Source: Jimgerdemannia flammicorona (taxonomy: Eukaryota). From it: DNA of 32,370 nt. The stretch is from NCBI GenBank assembly GCA_003990765.1, contig RBNJ01000353.1, forward strand, positions 1 through 32,370, in the 5' to 3' direction. Positions 31,191 to 32,370 of this stretch are shown piece after piece. Position 1 is the first letter of the stretch, and each line of letters begins with the position of its first letter. Position numbers and translations under genes: made by a program. Below the pieces are notes generated by a model. It had not been told where the DNA came from, made no database searches, and was given only the letters and a program-made list of their open reading frames with translations.

Positions 31191-32370
31191 ATGAAGCCCC
31201 GCTATTATCCTCACGTCGTCGGGGCGGCGATCCTCTTCGCCGACCTCCTGCACGCACAGACATTTTCCGGGCAGGCACCTCCTCCCAACACTGCAAACGC
31301 GCTATGGTATAGGTCACCCGGGTCTGACTGGGTTACCGATGCTCTTCCAATCGGTAACGGATACCAGGCCTCAATGGTAAGGATGCATTACGTCGTTTTG
31401 TAATAAACTTCCATACAGAACCTTTCACTTATCCAATTCGATATTTAAAAGGTGTTTGGTGGTGTTGCGGCTGATCGAATCCAACTGAACGAAGAAAGTT
31501 TATGGGCAGGCGGCCCGTTCGAGGACCCGCTGTATTCAGGAAACAATGATGTCCTTGCCAACAGGCAAAAACACATCGACGGCATCGCTGCTTTGAGAAA
31601 TATAATCGCGCAAAGCGAATATAAGTCCACCAGCGCTAACCAATCAGGGACACTTTGGGGTAAGTATCGAAAACAATTCCGTGACCTTTTTTTTTTTGTG
31701 GCATCAGCGCGGTTGCTTCTATACCTTATTTAATATTATTATTTTATTTCCATTCTCACCTCCTTTTTCAGGCGTGGGCGGATTTACGCAATACGGTACA
31801 TTTTTTTTTTTTAAAAAAATATTCTTACAATTGCCAGTGTTCTTCATCATACCCCTTGATCAATTTTGCAGGATCTTACCGTACACTAGGAGAATTGTAT
31901 ATAAATTTGACTGCTCCGACCAGGTTAGTGAGAACGTTTTGCAGTCTCGAAATTTTTTACAATTACTTATATTTATTTCGTTTTCAAAAACAGCGTCATA
32001 AATTACCGTCGAGAACTAAACATGGATGAGGGCGTCGCTCACACCAGTTGGCAGAATCCCGATCTTTCTATTGTCACCAAAGACTACTTTTGTAGTTATC
32101 CGGATCATGTCTGCGTCTTCTCCTTGACCACCAACGCCACCAAGGGCGCAAGCTTCAATTTCAGCTTTCAAACACCGCAAACCGATCCAGTCGTTGCGAT
32201 TAGTTGCGCAAATAATGTCATCACATTCAGGGGACAAGCAGAGACCGGTGGAATGCAATTCGAAGCTCAAGCTCGAGTATGTTTATTTTTATTTCAAGCT
32301 TTATGTCATTATTTTTCGTAATGACGACGATTTTCATCCCGTTTTTTTTTTTTTTGGTTCAGGTTATTAC
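31191..32370 (+). CDS. Secreted glycoside hydrolase family 95 (alpha-L-fucosidase-like), 5' part; continues beyond the window
   Basis: Exons 31191-31376, 31452-31659, 31772-31795, 31872-31923, 31994-32276, 32363->end, all GT-AG and in phase. GH95 N-terminal motifs LWY..P...W..DALPIGNG, IQLNEESLWAGGP, GSYRTLGEL, NYRRELNMDEG, YFCSYPDHVCV; hydrophobic N-terminus suggests a signal peptide. Confidence 0.93.

Overview
Eukaryotic, most likely fungal, sequence (short GT-AG introns, Ty3/Gypsy, Ngaro and hAT elements; an early-diverging fungus such as a mucoromycete is plausible but cannot be proven from this window). About 30.4 kb is a nested, almost CpG-free transposon graveyard that ends abruptly at ~30,440, followed by a CpG-normal intergenic region and the 5' part of a multi-exon GH95 alpha-L-fucosidase gene (31191 to window end). 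Left to right: the end of a hAT copy (1-402); decayed LTR-element remnants; a comparatively young full-length Ty3/Gypsy element (3281-9976, minus) carrying a dUTPase between protease and RT plus an extra 153-aa 3' ORF; two older Ty3 fragments (9977-15560); and a complete Ngaro-type tyrosine-recombinase retrotransposon (~15835-29774; A1...B1-A2-B2 repeats). The Ngaro element is interrupted by two tailed, TSD-flanked retroposed inserts, one of which hosts a 6.5-kb hAT transposon (16618-23124; TIRs and 8-bp TSD). The most notable signal is inside this hAT. Besides its transposase it carries a convergent five-exon (~504 aa) cargo gene with the HxD...H signature of a TET/JBP-like 2-oxoglutarate/Fe(II) dioxygenase, together with repeat arrays that were ancestrally CpG-rich. 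This is a candidate self-demethylating (anti-silencing) hAT transposon, now pseudogenised by C-to-T mutation. All domain calls are by-eye motif recognition; no searches were run.
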